From the human T2T-CHM13v2.0 reference genome, Homo sapiens: a stretch of 64,000 nucleotides of DNA. A program made the translations under genes and the position numbers. The notes beneath the pieces were generated by a model. The model was given only the letters and a program-made list of their open reading frames with translations, had not been told where the DNA came from and did not search any database. Positions 1-13,440 of the stretch are shown here, in pieces. The stretch lies in the NCBI RefSeq assembly GCF_009914755.1, contig NC_060926.1; one strand, given 5' to 3'. The first letter of the stretch is position 1. Each line of letters begins with the position of its first letter.

Positions 1-429
1 CTTTTACTTGATCAAAATATGCACACGAACCAGAAACTCTTAATGATATAAGATGGTTCTCAAAAAGCATTGCTCAAAAATGTTAAATTACAATATTATA
101 ATACGTTGCCATAAAGCTGGAACTTTTTGTAAGAATAACAAGGTGATTCAGCTAAATTAGTTGTGATGTTCTCATTTATGGTAAAGTGTCATTTTTTCTT
201 AAGAGGAGCAATTGCTATTTTTTTTACTGCGTATTCAAGGCCGTTTAAAACTACCAACATGATGAAGCCTTATTTAATTAACTCCAGCTGACCTTGACCA
301 TTTGTCTGCATCCCCTCACTTGTTATAGTTTAAGCTTCTTTACATAAAATGTTTTGCATTTATTTATAATATAAAATAATCTAACACAATACCGCATGAC
401 TTGACATATAACATTTGTAACTTGGCTGC

Positions 430-552
430 CACTTATCATATATCTAGCGCTGTTAAGTGCTTTTCATAAATTATATAATTCAGTTACCATAAAAAGTTGG
501 TGCTATTAATATTGCTATTTTATATACAAGCACATTGAGACTTAGAAAGTTA
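430..552 (-). mobile_element. MIR SINE fragment
   Basis: Degenerate reverse-orientation MIR core (aagtgcttttcata...attttatatacaagcacattgagacttagaaagtta). Boundaries approximate. Confidence 0.45.
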
Positions 553-1352
553 TTTACAGCATAATTATCAAAGCAGATTGATAAACCTGGAAATTACAGG
601 AAAACACAAAGGAACTATTAAACCATACATTTTAAAAATAATGCCTATGGATCTACATTTTCCTACCGTGCTGGGTGGTTCATAGCCACCCTAAAAATTG
701 AGAATCACTAAAATACCTTTAAATGTATGTTTGATTTCCTCAACTGGACTTGAACTTTCTGAATGGAAAGGAACACAAGTTATTTTCTCTTCCCAATTTC
801 TCAGTTACTACTATGAGATGTTGTGCACCATGAGATAACTGTTTGTAAAGGCTTTGGGGTAAGACAACTGTAAAAAAATCTCAATTTTTCTAGGCTCTAG
901 TAAAGGACAATCATCAAGTCAACTGCATACCATTACTGGCTGGACTGATGAAATAACGTGGCTCTTGAAGATATTTGACAATTGGATTCCATTTATTGAC
1001 TACTAAAAGGAAAAACTGATTACTTACCTAGAAAATAATGTCTAGAGTTAGGTCCATGTAATCAAATTTGGGGCATGTCACCTTTTAATAATTCCCCACA
1101 TGATTTGCAATGTCCTTTTAAAGACAAAGCAGTGAAGGGACTAGGGCAGAGCTAGGAAGACAGAAAATACATGATCAGAAATCAGTTCTGCAATCCGTAG
1201 TCAACCAGTCTCAGTACAGGTGTAAGCCTCTTAGAGGATAGTAGAGGGAAGAGTTGGAATGCTTCTCTTTACCCCCTCAACATGGCCAAACACCATAGCC
1301 AGAATACAAACAAGTTTGAATTGTTCTCTGAAAAGTTCTGCTCTTATTAGCA

Positions 1353-1522
1353 GAGTGGTTCCCATAATAGGATGCATATTGGAACCACTTGGAAAAATTT
1401 AAAGAACACTGATGCCTTAGCCTCAGCCCTAATTCTGATTTAATTAGCATAGAATGTAATGGACGTGGGGATTTTATAAGTACTCAGTGATGATAATTTG
1501 CCTTTAGGTTTGGAAACCACTG
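1353..1522. mobile_element. MER5A-like hAT-Charlie MITE
   Basis: Inverted termini gagtggttccca...tggaaaccactg, internal tctgatttaatt, ~170 bp. Matches recalled MER5A layout. Confidence 0.65.
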
Positions 1523-2048
1523 CTGGGGGATTGTCCTTTTTGTATTTCAGTGAATAGGCAAAGCTAAGTCTGTTCACTCATTATACTTGCCAACATTGAG
1601 CAGATGATGGCAGTAAGTGAAAGGTGTATTCTCACCATCTTTGCACTCATTATCACTCTCTGAGTTTACCCACTTTTTGGGGGGCTAGTCCCGGGATTCT
1701 CCACTTCCTCTTGTACCTATTGCCATTTGAGTTGTCTCCCTAAGGAGCAACTCTGCTTATACTCTTGTCCTGCTGAAATTTTTCCAGTGACTTCAGTGAA
1801 TGAGTAAGACTCTTAAGCAACGAAAAATATCTGATAGTAGACTAAAAGTACTGAAGCTGCACATACATAAGCTTGTTTTTTTTACTGTGGATGGACCTTG
1901 CCGTGATCACGTTAATGACTACTTTTACCTATAATCACCAAAGGAAGAGATAAATCTCTGTCCTACTTCAATCTGCTAATGGATGCCTTGAAAGGGAGAT
2001 GAATAAAGATTAAATAATTCTTCAGGGTTATGGGATGAAAGCTTCACA

Positions 2049-2219
2049 CAGTGATTCTCCACTCTATCTGTATATTGGCATCACCTGAGGAGCTTAGAAA
2101 ACTGTCACGGCACCACCTCCGCCGTCTCTGATTTAATTTAATGTCACCAGGTCCAGATTTAGGCCTTTTTATAAGGTCTCCAGGTTATTTCACTAGGCAG
2201 CCAAGTTTGAGAACCATAG
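2049..2219. mobile_element. MER5A-like hAT-Charlie MITE
   Basis: cagtgattctcc...catcacctgaggagctt...tctgatttaatt...caagtttgagaaccatag, typical MER5A motifs. Confidence 0.75.
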
Positions 2220-2764
2220 CTCTGATGAAAGACTAGTTTATCATAAAGGAATTTAGTTTAACAAAATAATAATTAAGGTAGGAGGAAGCCAGAAATAACT
2301 GATGTGAAATGTGGATATTTAGCAGGAGGAAAGGATGTTGCTAGGCAATGGGATAACCTAGGCTGGGAAAGGAATATTAGGGTGACTGAGAAGAGAAAGC
2401 AAAAGCCAGATAAAGAGACACATATTGTCAGACATAATCAAAGAACATGAAAATCCTAAATTGTAGTTTGTGGGACACTGGGAAAAACCCTTAACAGATG
2501 TTATTCCAACTGAATATTAAAATCTGCCAAACCAGAAATTACTTTTTCTTCCTGCTGAGACAATTATGGAAATAAATAATTTTGGGAGAGTAATGTTTTC
2601 AGCTGTTATTATTTTTTCAAATTTTGTGAATGATGTTTTTAAGACCTATGGTGGCTGTGGGGAAATATCAAAGAAGAGAACCTGCTGGCATGACATGGGT
2701 AAAGTCAATTTTTTATTTTAAAGAAGGGGGATAAATTAGACAAAGGGGTCTAAAACTTTAGTTA

Positions 2765-2768
<4 letters not shown>

Positions 2769-2799
<31 letters not shown>
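2769..2799. repeat. (AC)n microsatellite, ~15 units
   Basis: Read directly from the sequence. Confidence 0.98.
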
Positions 2800-2801
<2 letters not shown>

Positions 2802-2836
2802 AATGATGCAGAAATTCTTTGCTTAGGGTAGCACAT

Positions 2837-2912
2837 AATAATTTAAAATATGTCGTATATTAAATTGGACAATTTGCTGTCCAATTTAATACACAACGTA
2901 TTTTAAATTATT
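2837..2912. repeat. Near-perfect inverted repeat (35-bp arms, 6-nt loop, 3 mismatches)
   Basis: aataatttaaaatatgtcgtatattaaattggaca-atttgc-tgtccaatttaatacacaacgtattttaaattatt; arms compared base by base. Confidence 0.95.
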
Positions 2913-4099
2913 CAGTGAAACAATGTTCAAAGTAGCATTGATCACTTTCTAGCCCTTTAATATTTGATTGTATTCATACAATTATTTAATATTAAATATT
3001 CCCTATTTGATTACTTTCTGTCTTTATAGTATGTTTTATTCATAGGATATACAGAGAAGCAAAGAAAAGTAACTCATTATTAAGTTAAACAAGCTAACTT
3101 TTTTCCTCATGTGAAATTTATGATTTTGTGTGAAGAGCATGAAGGTCTAATCACACTTTTGGTTCCATTATGTAGGATATATCAGCTGCTAATTCTCAAT
3201 CAGAAAACAAAGTTTTGGTTCCTTCTACTTGGTGCCTGCCCTAGTTATTATTGTATTAAAAGCTTAGTTTTTCTTTGAAGGATTTTTTTTTTTTGAAAAC
3301 TTGTTCATTTAACTCCTTGTCTTTGCCTTGAATACCTTTTCAATAATTTAGATGCCCCAAGCTTACCTAGTTTCCAAAAGACTGTGCCCAAACTGGCTGC
3401 ATATAAGTCTTGAAGAGCTGTCAGCTAAGATTAAAAAAAAAAAGGAAGAAAGAAAAAAATGTTACATTTCTTATTAGGCATTGCAATGTTCTGAATTGCT
3501 TTAAGAGATGTACTGGGTAAGAAATTATTGAAGCTTTAATAGTGGAACCTGAAACATTATTCTGAATATACAAGAGGAAATATTTGGGGAGCTGGAGGCT
3601 TTGCTATGCATTTTTAAGGTTTACCATGTATGTGGCCATACCTTCATTCACAAAAGCAATTCAGTTTTCCTCCCCAGAACTGCTGCTATTCATTTTATGC
3701 TGCATCTCTAGTTTTCATGATTAATTTTAAAGTCCATCTATTTTTAATTGGTTATTCTTCATTATTTTAGAATATATCTAGCCCTATGAAAAGAAAAACA
3801 TAGACTAAGGACTCCTCATTTGCTTTAAGATGGAGGGGTTTTCAGCAAGATAGACAATTTTTAAATTAAATTAAGGGAGAGTATGTCTCCAAAGAGAGCC
3901 TTGCAGGCAGATCATGGACCAGTTCCAAAGCTTTTGTTCAGTAGAAAGCCTCATGCACAAAAGACAATGGATCACCCTCCTTGTTCTGGGGTATGTATTG
4001 TACACTTTATACATTATCATGTAATCCTCAATTGAGTGAAAAAAATCTGAATGAAATAGGCATCCACTCTTCTAATAATAACAGAAAAGATATATAGTT

Positions 4100-4265
4100 T
4101 TTATTATGTGAAAGGCATTATCCTAAATGCTTTCCACATATTCACTTATTTTATCTTGACATTTATTTTATGAAATGGGTAATAGTATATTTCTTCACTT
4201 TATATATGAGAAAAAATATGTACATGGAGAGGTTAAATAACTTGCCCAAAATCACAGAGCTACAA
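4100..4265 (-). mobile_element. MIR SINE
   Basis: Reverse MIR core gagaggttaaataacttgcccaaaatcacagagcta. Confidence 0.75.
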
Positions 4266-5280
4266 AGTAGGAAAAACATTCTAACACAGGTAATTGAAAC
4301 TGTACTTTTTTGTAAATCACTATGATTGCCCTCATTTTTAATAAGATATACGTATTTGAATGAATTGATGAGATCTATCATGTGTGAAACATATTATACA
4401 ATTAAGCAAAATTAAATTTAAAGGATTTGAATTTCTCTAGGTTTCATTACAATCAAACAAAGCATTTAAAAATACTTTTTTTTAGTAGGGTTGTCATATT
4501 CATTGAGCATTTTTCATAAGTTAAATGAAAATGTAATATTTCAAACCTTTATATGGATGTACCCACTGTCAAAGTATCTTCCCAGCCACCAGTGAAATTA
4601 TCAGAAAAAGAATTATAGTAAAAAAGAGTATTTGGAGAAAGTGACAAATGTTGTTTCTCTGCACTTCATAGGTATGTCACTACCCAATAATTCATCTATC
4701 TCAGGATCAGTACCTGTGAGAGGAGGACAGAATTTCAATGTGAGAATTAAAACCTAGAACCTATTTCCAAGGAAAGAACCCTAGAGTGGATTCCAGAGTG
4801 TGGGTCTGTGCTCCCGAACAGCCATTTTCAGCTCCGGAATCCTTGCCAAATCAACTGAACAATAGCGATCAACAAACAAATAAAATCCATTGGGGCTGAA
4901 CTAATTTGTTATACTAATACGCAATTATCTGAATTTACAGGAAAGTAGACCTTCATTTTATTCAGTTCTGGGGCTTAGAATAGTGACACCTTGCCTAAAT
5001 AGAAGTCAATCATAAGCACGCTCAGCTGTCTGGAACAAAGAAAATCCTGGGGGAAAAACAAAATAGGAACATAACCATCCAAGCAGCCAAAATGATGTCT
5101 AGGTACCAGCATGCCATTGTAGGTTTAGTAAGGCCTTTGGTCAAATTCAATTAAATTTCATTAACATAAATTAAATGAGTTTTCTGCTTGTCTGATACTA
5201 TATTGCATGAAATAAGCACAATAAATTTTGGCCAACATCAGAGATTATGTCTGAGAGAGTACAATTAAAATAATAGACTA

Positions 5281-5765
5281 TGTGTTAGGTAGAGTAATGC
5301 CCCCCCACCCCAAGGTAGCCACTCCCAAATCCCCAGAAACTGTGATAGATTACCCCACAAGACAAAGTGGAGTGAAGGTAAAAGATGGAATTAAGGTTGC
5401 TAATTAACTAATCATGAATTATCCAGGTGGGCCAAAGTAATCACTAGCGTTCTTGAATGGGTGGGGCCTTAATGGGCCTTTAAAAGGGAAGCAGAAGCGC
5501 ATGTCAGGTAGTCAGATAGTATGAAGGAGATTTGGTGGCTTTAAAGATGGAAGAGGCTTGTGAGCCAAGGAATTCAGTCGGTGTCTGCAAGAGGAAAAAG
5601 ACAAGGAAATGGATTCTCCTCTATAAACTCTAGAAAAGAATCCAGTCCTGCCTGCATCTTGATTTTTAGTCCAGTGAGACCTATTTCAGACTTCCAACCT
5701 CCAGAACTGTAAGTAATACATACGTTGTAACTTGATGCAGCAGTGATTGATAGGGAGATAATACA
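5281..5765 (+). mobile_element. MLT1 (MLT1D-like) MaLR solo LTR
   Basis: TG...CA termini; attatccaggtgggcc, tgagccaaggaat, ggaaatggattctcc, ccagtgagacctatttcagacttccaacctccagaactgtaag are MLT1C/D hallmarks. Confidence 0.8.
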
Positions 5766-5859
5766 GGTTATTTGGTTCATGAAAAAGTCAGTTTAGGTGA
5801 TTTGATGATGGGGTCGCCTCCATTCAAAAAAAAAAATAGGCAGCTCAGCTCTCATTTGA

Positions 5860-6420
5860 AGTTTGTTGTGCCGCTTATTCTGTTTGTCCTTGGACTCTCT
5901 TCTCACCCTTTCCCTGCTCTGCTCGGTAGGGCAAAGTGCGTAAACCTGAGGCTTAATTCCCCAGGTTACTGTGCTAGCTTGTTTCCTGATGATGCAGTAG
6001 TTTGCTACTTTCCTCCTGAGGTCAGGAGGAAGGGGGAAAACGGAGCATCTCTGCCTAACACTCCCTGCCTCCACTAGTACCTCTGGAGGTGACTTGAGCC
6101 TTTTTTTGTGCTTCAGCTATAACTACGGGGTGATGCTTGGCAATTTGACAAACCTTTCTGCAGTCCCAGCTTGCACTAATGTCCCTGGACCCGGTTTCAG
6201 CCCTTGTTAGATGGCCTCAAGTTTTTAGCTACAGAAACACACACTCTCACTATTGTCTTTTAGTCCTTTCAGCTGATGCTTACCATAGAGAAGCCTCATT
6301 TTCACCTGATAGTCTTCCTAGCTTGCTCATCACCTGTGTAACAAAGTATTTTGCTTAAATTTCCTCTGTTTGGAATACCCAGGGAGCTTTTGTTTTCCTC
6401 ACTGGAACTTGCAATGAGTA
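5860..6420 (+). mobile_element. ERVL LTR (LTR33-like)
   Basis: 3' end aaatttcctctgtttggaatacccagggagcttttgttttcctcactggaac resembles the recalled LTR33 terminus. Boundaries approximate. Confidence 0.5.
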
Positions 6421-6689
6421 ATAAATTCCCCAACAGTATTAGATTGTTTAGATAAATTGAGATATAATTCTAACAGCCACAGTTCTTGATGGGGAACATG
6501 GTTTTGGATGACTCTCAGGAATAGGAACCTTGAAGAGCGAATAAATCAGGGAACAGTCTCTGTGTAACAAGATTAAGGTGAGGTTGCTGCTGCTACTCAT
6601 TATAGTGATAACAATATCAACAATGATGAAAGAATCAAAGAAGTGGAAAACTGCTATTTAATCGTTTTGAGCTGAGCCTTTATCAAAAG

Positions 6690-6810
6690 TCATACCTGGG
6701 TAGGCTATTTGCTATGTAGGAGCTGTGACCCTTGTATAAGCCGCCTCGCTGCTCTGTCTTGGTTGCTGCATCTGTAATGTGAGAATGATAGTAATATATA
6801 TCTATTACTG
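6690..6810 (+). mobile_element. MIR SINE fragment
   Basis: agctgtgacccttgtataag...catctgtaatgtgagaatgatagta, MIR core. Confidence 0.6.
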
Positions 6811-9658
6811 ATACTAAGGGGACATATAGAAAAAGCTGATAAATTGGAACATGGAACACTCACATGTTGGCAGTAATCCTGAGCTGTTATATTGAACTTA
6901 AGTATTAATAAAGAATTCTGACTTTTGTTTAAAGATGAACACTCACTTTTTAATCTAAATTCTCTAAAATTTATCTAGGATTCACCTTTTCACAGTTATT
7001 TTTACTCATGTTTCGAATACGCTGCTGGCCTAGGATAAGGAACTCCAAATATTGCTTCTTCCTAGGTCTTACGTTGCCCTATTCCATCTGCCTGATGAAT
7101 TTCACTTTGTAAATTCAGACCTGAAGCTGCTCATGCCGCCTGTCACCACATACTCTCAATACCAAGCTCTGTCTATCTGATTGGACTATTTCCAATTATT
7201 TGATGCTGGGCTGCACCTACACCAGGAAAGCACTTGACTCATTTAACCCTTCTGTGCCCAGCTATAGAAGAAGACATAACAGGAGCCACTTTACATATTA
7301 TTTGTGAGCACTCATGTGCTTGAGGACAACGATAATACTCCTCATTTAGGATAAAAAGAGACACTTCTCCCAGACACTTAATACTACTGAACAAATTGTT
7401 GTTCCCCTTGTTCTATAAAACAATGACTAAAGCCATTTTCTGAAAATGAGTATTGTTAATCATTGCATCATTAACCTTTACAATGTCAATGTGTCCTCCA
7501 TATCAAATTCAGTTAAATGACTGCTGGAGGTAACAGTTAAGGGAGCATTTCACGTAGAGGAACATAGTAATGCTTTATTTAGTTCTAAATGCACTGTGAA
7601 AGATTCAGGTGAGAGCTAATATATGTTAAGAAAGCAAAGTACCAGAAAGAATAATTTCGCAGCAAGAACGTGGAAATCTGACAGACAAAATGTAACCTGC
7701 CTTCTAATCTTTCACATTTCTTTGTTCCGTAGTTTTCATTGCTTTTTATATTACTTTCCTTCAATAGGTAAGACACACTATCTAAATTGCATACAAAGTA
7801 TAGAAATAACAGAATACCTTGTGTGTACATGGTGTGTATGGGTGTGTGAGTTTGTGCGTGTACATTCTGAAGCCCATTTGTGTGAGTGGCATCTCTTCCA
7901 TTGTGGCTGGAAGCAATTTGTCTCCTCATGCCTTCTGCTTGCGGGCAGGTGGCTCAGAATCGCATTTTATACTTTTTTTTTTTTTTTTTCACTGTTCCGA
8001 TGCTCCACTGGTTCAGATCTCATCAGAATTCATGACTTACATTTAAGAAAGTCTTCTGTAAGAACAAGTTGTTTCTTGGATTAGCTCCTTACATTTAAAT
8101 TTTATCAGAAGATTTTGAAGCAACTTCTGTACATTTTAATTTTAACAAAAGGGTCTAGGTTGAAAATCAAAATTGTGTTTACTAAATATCTAGTGTGGCT
8201 CGCTTCCTATCAGGGTAGGGACAGAATATTAGAAAAAGTCAGTCAAATTTGTTAAACTTGCTCTGAAAGTGGAGAAATATTTTCTGTATTGGCAAACCAG
8301 CCACATTCACAGAAGGAAACTCCTGAATAATTTGGTAATGGTGAGTTAAGACATACAAAGCAGTGTAAGTTGTTGGTCCTCTAGAGTGTTCTCAACATGT
8401 CTTCACAGGAGACTCTCAAATTGATGTAATAAGATTATAGATACCCACAAGCTTTCCTCTCCCTCAAGAAAAAATATATAGAGAACAAAGAACGGATGTT
8501 ATCTTTTACAAGGGATAATTTGAATCTAGATTTAATTATGTAATGGTAAGTCATTTGCACACTTACGTATTTTAACTAATATTAGTAATAAATTACTTAG
8601 AGCATGGTTCCCAACAGTTCTTTGACACTTGGTGTGTCTAATCCCTCACTGAGAATCTCAGCTCCAATACCTAATAAACACTGAAACATTGAAGATTGGG
8701 ATCTGTGAGTGAGGCTTCTGAGATTTGCTATATCAAGAGTCAATCATCAAAGACCTTCACTTTGTGAATACCATCAATCAACTCCAATTTCTCCTGCCAT
8801 ATCCCCATCATTGATGTTAGGTTGCTTCTATGCACTGCCAGATCAGCCAGTCAGATTCATCAAGCGAATAAAAATGTCTGTCAAACCAATCATTCCAGGC
8901 CATTTAGACAAGACAACTTACTGATTAAATTAATATTTCACTCCTGAAAACACTGCACTGGTGTCATAAAGACAAAAGTTTTTACACCTTGGTTTGAATA
9001 TCTTTTTATGTAAAACTACTTCCAGCCACATGCATGTGTGGACAATTTGTCTTCAGTTAATTTCACTTCATATTTTGTACCCTGTTGGCTTTCCGTGGGG
9101 ACACCTGGACCTCCTCTTTTTACTTTAAAATCCAATCTCAAAATTAATGGTCCTTATGATAAACAGTTATATCCACTGGTCAAAATGTATACTAATGTAC
9201 ATGCAAGTGAAAATTGAGTATGGCTTCTGTAGGATGTATGCCAACAAATGACTTAATTTTAACATTATGTCTCAGATATCAGACGAGGAGAGGTATTTTG
9301 AGGACTGAAGAGTGTGTCTGGTGGCCCTGAAATCACTCTGAAGAAAGCAGCCAATCTCACCTACCTTGAAAACCTTCCATGTTAGTAGGTTTATGTGATC
9401 TGGTTTATCATTCAGGGCATTTCCTCGTTTGAACTTCTGCAGTGCTTTAAACTTAGGACTGTAAGTACGCCTGTGGTGAAGGAGAACAAAGTATTGGAAG
9501 AATTATGTGATTGTCAATATCTGACTAGTGACTAAGCTGGGACTGGAATTTAGACATTGTGGCCTCTAGCACAGATTTATTTTAATTATTTTAAACTTTC
9601 TGTATCACTTTGGAAATAGATTGGAATATAAAGGTACAGCTATATGATCAAGTTAAAG

Positions 9659-9781
9659 TAAGGTGCTCATACATCTCAGTTTGCTGGGAAGAGTCCACTT
9701 CATGTTATTGCCTACTGTTATTATCTCTCCCTTTCACTCACAGATGTGTCAGGGTTTGGCTGTTAAAGTAAATAATTGCCT
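9659..9781. mobile_element. MER94-like hAT MITE
   Basis: aaggtgctcatacatctcagtttgctgggaagagtcc...ccctttcactcacagatgtgtcagggtttgg resembles recalled MER94. Confidence 0.55.
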
Positions 9782-10496
9782 TTAAGTTTTTTTAAAAGAT
9801 TTTTCTTTGAGAATGAGGTCTTAGTTCTTTAAAATAATTCTATTTTATTTTCACCAAACTTTTACCGAGTACAAAACCTAGCTTTACTTTTATTTATGAC
9901 CTAAGGTTTCTTTACAAATCTTGAATGTTAAACTTTACATCTTGGACTTGGAGTGTACAGTTGTGACAAACTGACAACTATGCCTGGACATGACCCTGCC
10001 ACTGTTTTGACTTGTGAGTTCTAACATTCTCTGCCTGTCTTTTCTGGCTCTAAAACTCCTCCATCTTAGAGTTTAGTTTACCGTGGCACTGATAGCTGGA
10101 AACATCCTTTCTCTATCATGATGCAAGTTAGCATGCTGTTTTACTTTCCTAACTCTTAAATGACTGTTAGAGAATTTCAGAGGATTAAAGAATTTCTTAT
10201 CACTTTTATAGGTATGGCCTCAATTCTAAGGCTTCATGATTCAGCTTGTTATGAACAATAGTCTAGTGCATGAGATTGACATTTCCAATAAATTTCTACA
10301 CGCAGCAGCTGAGCGGTTTGAATGTGTAAATATTAGTGATCTAAATGTTGTCAGAGCTTTCCAGCTGGACCCATCAGTTCATTTGGCAATTAGAAAACGA
10401 AAAATAAATAAACCAAGCCCTCTCCTAAATTGTAATCTCCTCAGTACACACATTATACTTTCTTGCCATCTTTTCAATGATCTGGAGGATGCTTTC

Positions 10497-10814
<318 letters not shown>

Positions 10815-10879
10815 TGATAAATTTTAAGATGAGCTGGAAACTAACAAAATAAACAAATACGTGGTATCTGAAGCCCTGC

Positions 10880-11045
10880 TATTTAAGCCCAAACTGCATT
10901 TCCAATATTAACTATGTAATCTTTATTACATTGCTGAATGTCACTATGCCTCAGTTTCCCCATTTGTAAAATGGAGATTGTTATAATAATCTGTGTCAAA
11001 GTTATTGTGAGGATTGAATGAATTACAATATGGGAAGCCCAAAGT
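10880..11045 (+). mobile_element. MIR SINE
   Basis: gcctcagtttccccatttgtaaaatggagatt...gttattgtgaggattgaatga, canonical MIR core. Confidence 0.85.
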
Positions 11046-11143
11046 ATATAGTACCTATTAATATTTCAGCCTGGAAGAATTCACTTGGTTGGAAGTAGCT
11101 AACATTCAATGAGTACTTATCAAATGGTATCTTTGCTTTCAAA

Positions 11144-11188
11144 CCAAGTTTAATATGTGCCCAAGTTTAATACATGCCCAAGGTTAAT
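11144..11188. repeat. Short degenerate tandem repeat, 17-bp unit x ~2.6
   Basis: ccaagtttaatatgtgc ccaagtttaatacatgc ccaaggttaat. Confidence 0.8.
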
Positions 11189-13250
11189 GTAGCATAAGCT
11201 CTGCTTTTTGAAATCATGATTCTCTCTGCTTTTAACAGTTACATGTTCTTTCTGCTTGTAGAGAAATGGACATAGCAGAAGAAAGGGTCAAAGGAGAAAA
11301 GGCTAAGTTTATATTGTAGAAAAGATGGCCACTATTTGATGTCCCTCTCTTATTAGAGAAACTAGGAAGGCTGAGCAGGCTTGTATGAATCTAGAGATTA
11401 AAACAGGAGGAAAGATTGTTACCCAAAAACAATGCACCAAAGTTGTGAGAATGTAAGGAAGCAAGAGGAGAATGAGAGGTCTCTGAAAGCTGTAGGACAA
11501 AGCCCAGAAAAAAAAAAAAGTTTGAGCCTGATACTTTTAACTTCAATTTCTGGTGCATTTGCAGGTTGCAGGTCAACCCACATGTCTCTGAACAGTTAGA
11601 AATAAAGAAGCTTTTTAGGATGGGCAACGTCATTTAGGGAACTGCTGTTGCCATCTACTAAGGAGACTACTGGAATAGCCTTTGAGACTGATAACCTCAC
11701 ATCAATATATAATATCTTGAAAAAAGAAATGAAGTATTCACTCACTGATTCTTTCATCTTTTTCCTGCTTGGAAGTCTCTTGTGAACATAGACATGTAAT
11801 AAAACATAATTGGATGTATTTATATAAAGAAAGTATGTGAATAACTCTGTTAACATATATAAACAGAAGAAAGGCCAATGTTAATGTTAGATCATGTTGG
11901 ATTTTGAGTTAATGAACCATTTATGACTACAATTGACAAAATGCAATATGGAGCACTGCCTGTCTGTAACAACAGCACAGATGGCTAATAGAAGCCTTTC
12001 TTATAGAAATTAATATTGAATCACACCCTAATGGCTTAGAGGGACAGATCAGCAGAAAGAAATCCCTTCTGGAAAAAGGGAAAGGCCATCCTATTCATGG
12101 CACAGATGGCACAGAGTAGCTGACAGAAAAATGTTTATAGGAACAAAGACTGGAGAAGACCTGGAAAATCCTTGATTTAGGTCTGTGAGTAGCAGAAACA
12201 CTTTGCAGCTAATACCTGCATTAGCTCAACCAAAATATATCTAAGGCAAGTAGAACTCCACTCAAACTAGTTCAAATATAAGTAGTATTGCAAAGATACA
12301 GGAATTCTGTGGTACACAGTGATGTAAGTAAAGACACATGACATAGAAAATGAGGAATCATTAGGCAACTATTCTCCGTGCTTCGAGGCACGGAGACATT
12401 TTAAATATTTGTTCACTTCTTCTTTCAACCTGGTTTCCTCTTTTGCCTCTGGGACTCTAGCTTGCATATACATTAAATTTCTATAATGCCCATTCTGGAC
12501 TTATCTCTAATGATCTTGGAATTTAGCTCCCAGAACTAACAACTTAAATTGTTTAGTGTTTCATATCTAAATTCCCTGGAAAGTAGATTAGAACATATTT
12601 ATTTTTTCTTATTTTCTTACTATAAATTGGTTTTCTCTAGGTCAGTTAATACCTGATCTGATCAACTATGAATCAACCCTTTGGTTATACTGTACCAAAC
12701 ATTCCCAATATACATAGCGTGTATTGAACCATGAAATTTCAAAGAAATGGAATGTGAACTGTGTGGGTATGCTAACTTAGATCCTTTACTTATCAAAGTC
12801 AATGACCTCTTCTCATTCTTCTCAAGTTCTCCATAAAATTAGTATAACCAAGTCCCTTTTCTTTCTAAGGTCTATTAAAATATTCCATAAATTTTAATTT
12901 CATGCATCTTCCTGGCTCTCTTCCAGGCACTGCTTTCTTGGATTTCAACTTATTCCCCCCCTAGTAAGAGCAACATCATTGTCAGTTTTAATAGCTACCT
13001 CTTCAGGGTTGATTCTTGCTTCTCTACTCCCACTCCTAACGCTCTTAAAGTTCAAGCCAACTGCCCATTTATCCACTGTCAAATATCTTTGAACATGTTC
13101 TCCTGAATGTTTATCAGTCAATTCTACCTGTCAAAATGTAACTATATTATTCCAATTTGTTTGTATTTCATATTGAATGTGGAATAGAGGTGAGGCTCTT
13201 AAATTCCTGAATATTAAACACTTCCCAAATATATTGTAAATCTCATTGAT

Positions 13251-13440
13251 GGGCAGTAGAGCATCACAGTTATTAAATACTTAGATGTCTAGAGCAAAAC
13301 TTTCCTGCTTCTAATCTCAACTCTTCCACTTGTTGGATTTTCTTAGGAAGGATGTAACTCTTCAGTGTCTAAATTTTCTCCTGAGTAAAATATGAATAAT
13401 TATAGGAACTACTTTATAGAATTATTGTCAGGATTGACTA
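13251..13440 (+). mobile_element. MIR SINE
   Basis: gggcagtagagcatcacagtt...ctcttccact...aattttctcctgagtaaaatatgaataat...attgtcaggattga. Confidence 0.7.

Noticed and set aside
7243-7260. TTAA-CCC piggyBac-like terminus
   Set aside because: No matching opposite terminus seen.
7585-8084. Overlapping 114-153-aa ORFs
   Set aside because: Low-complexity translations through TG-rich and T runs; no recognisable protein family.
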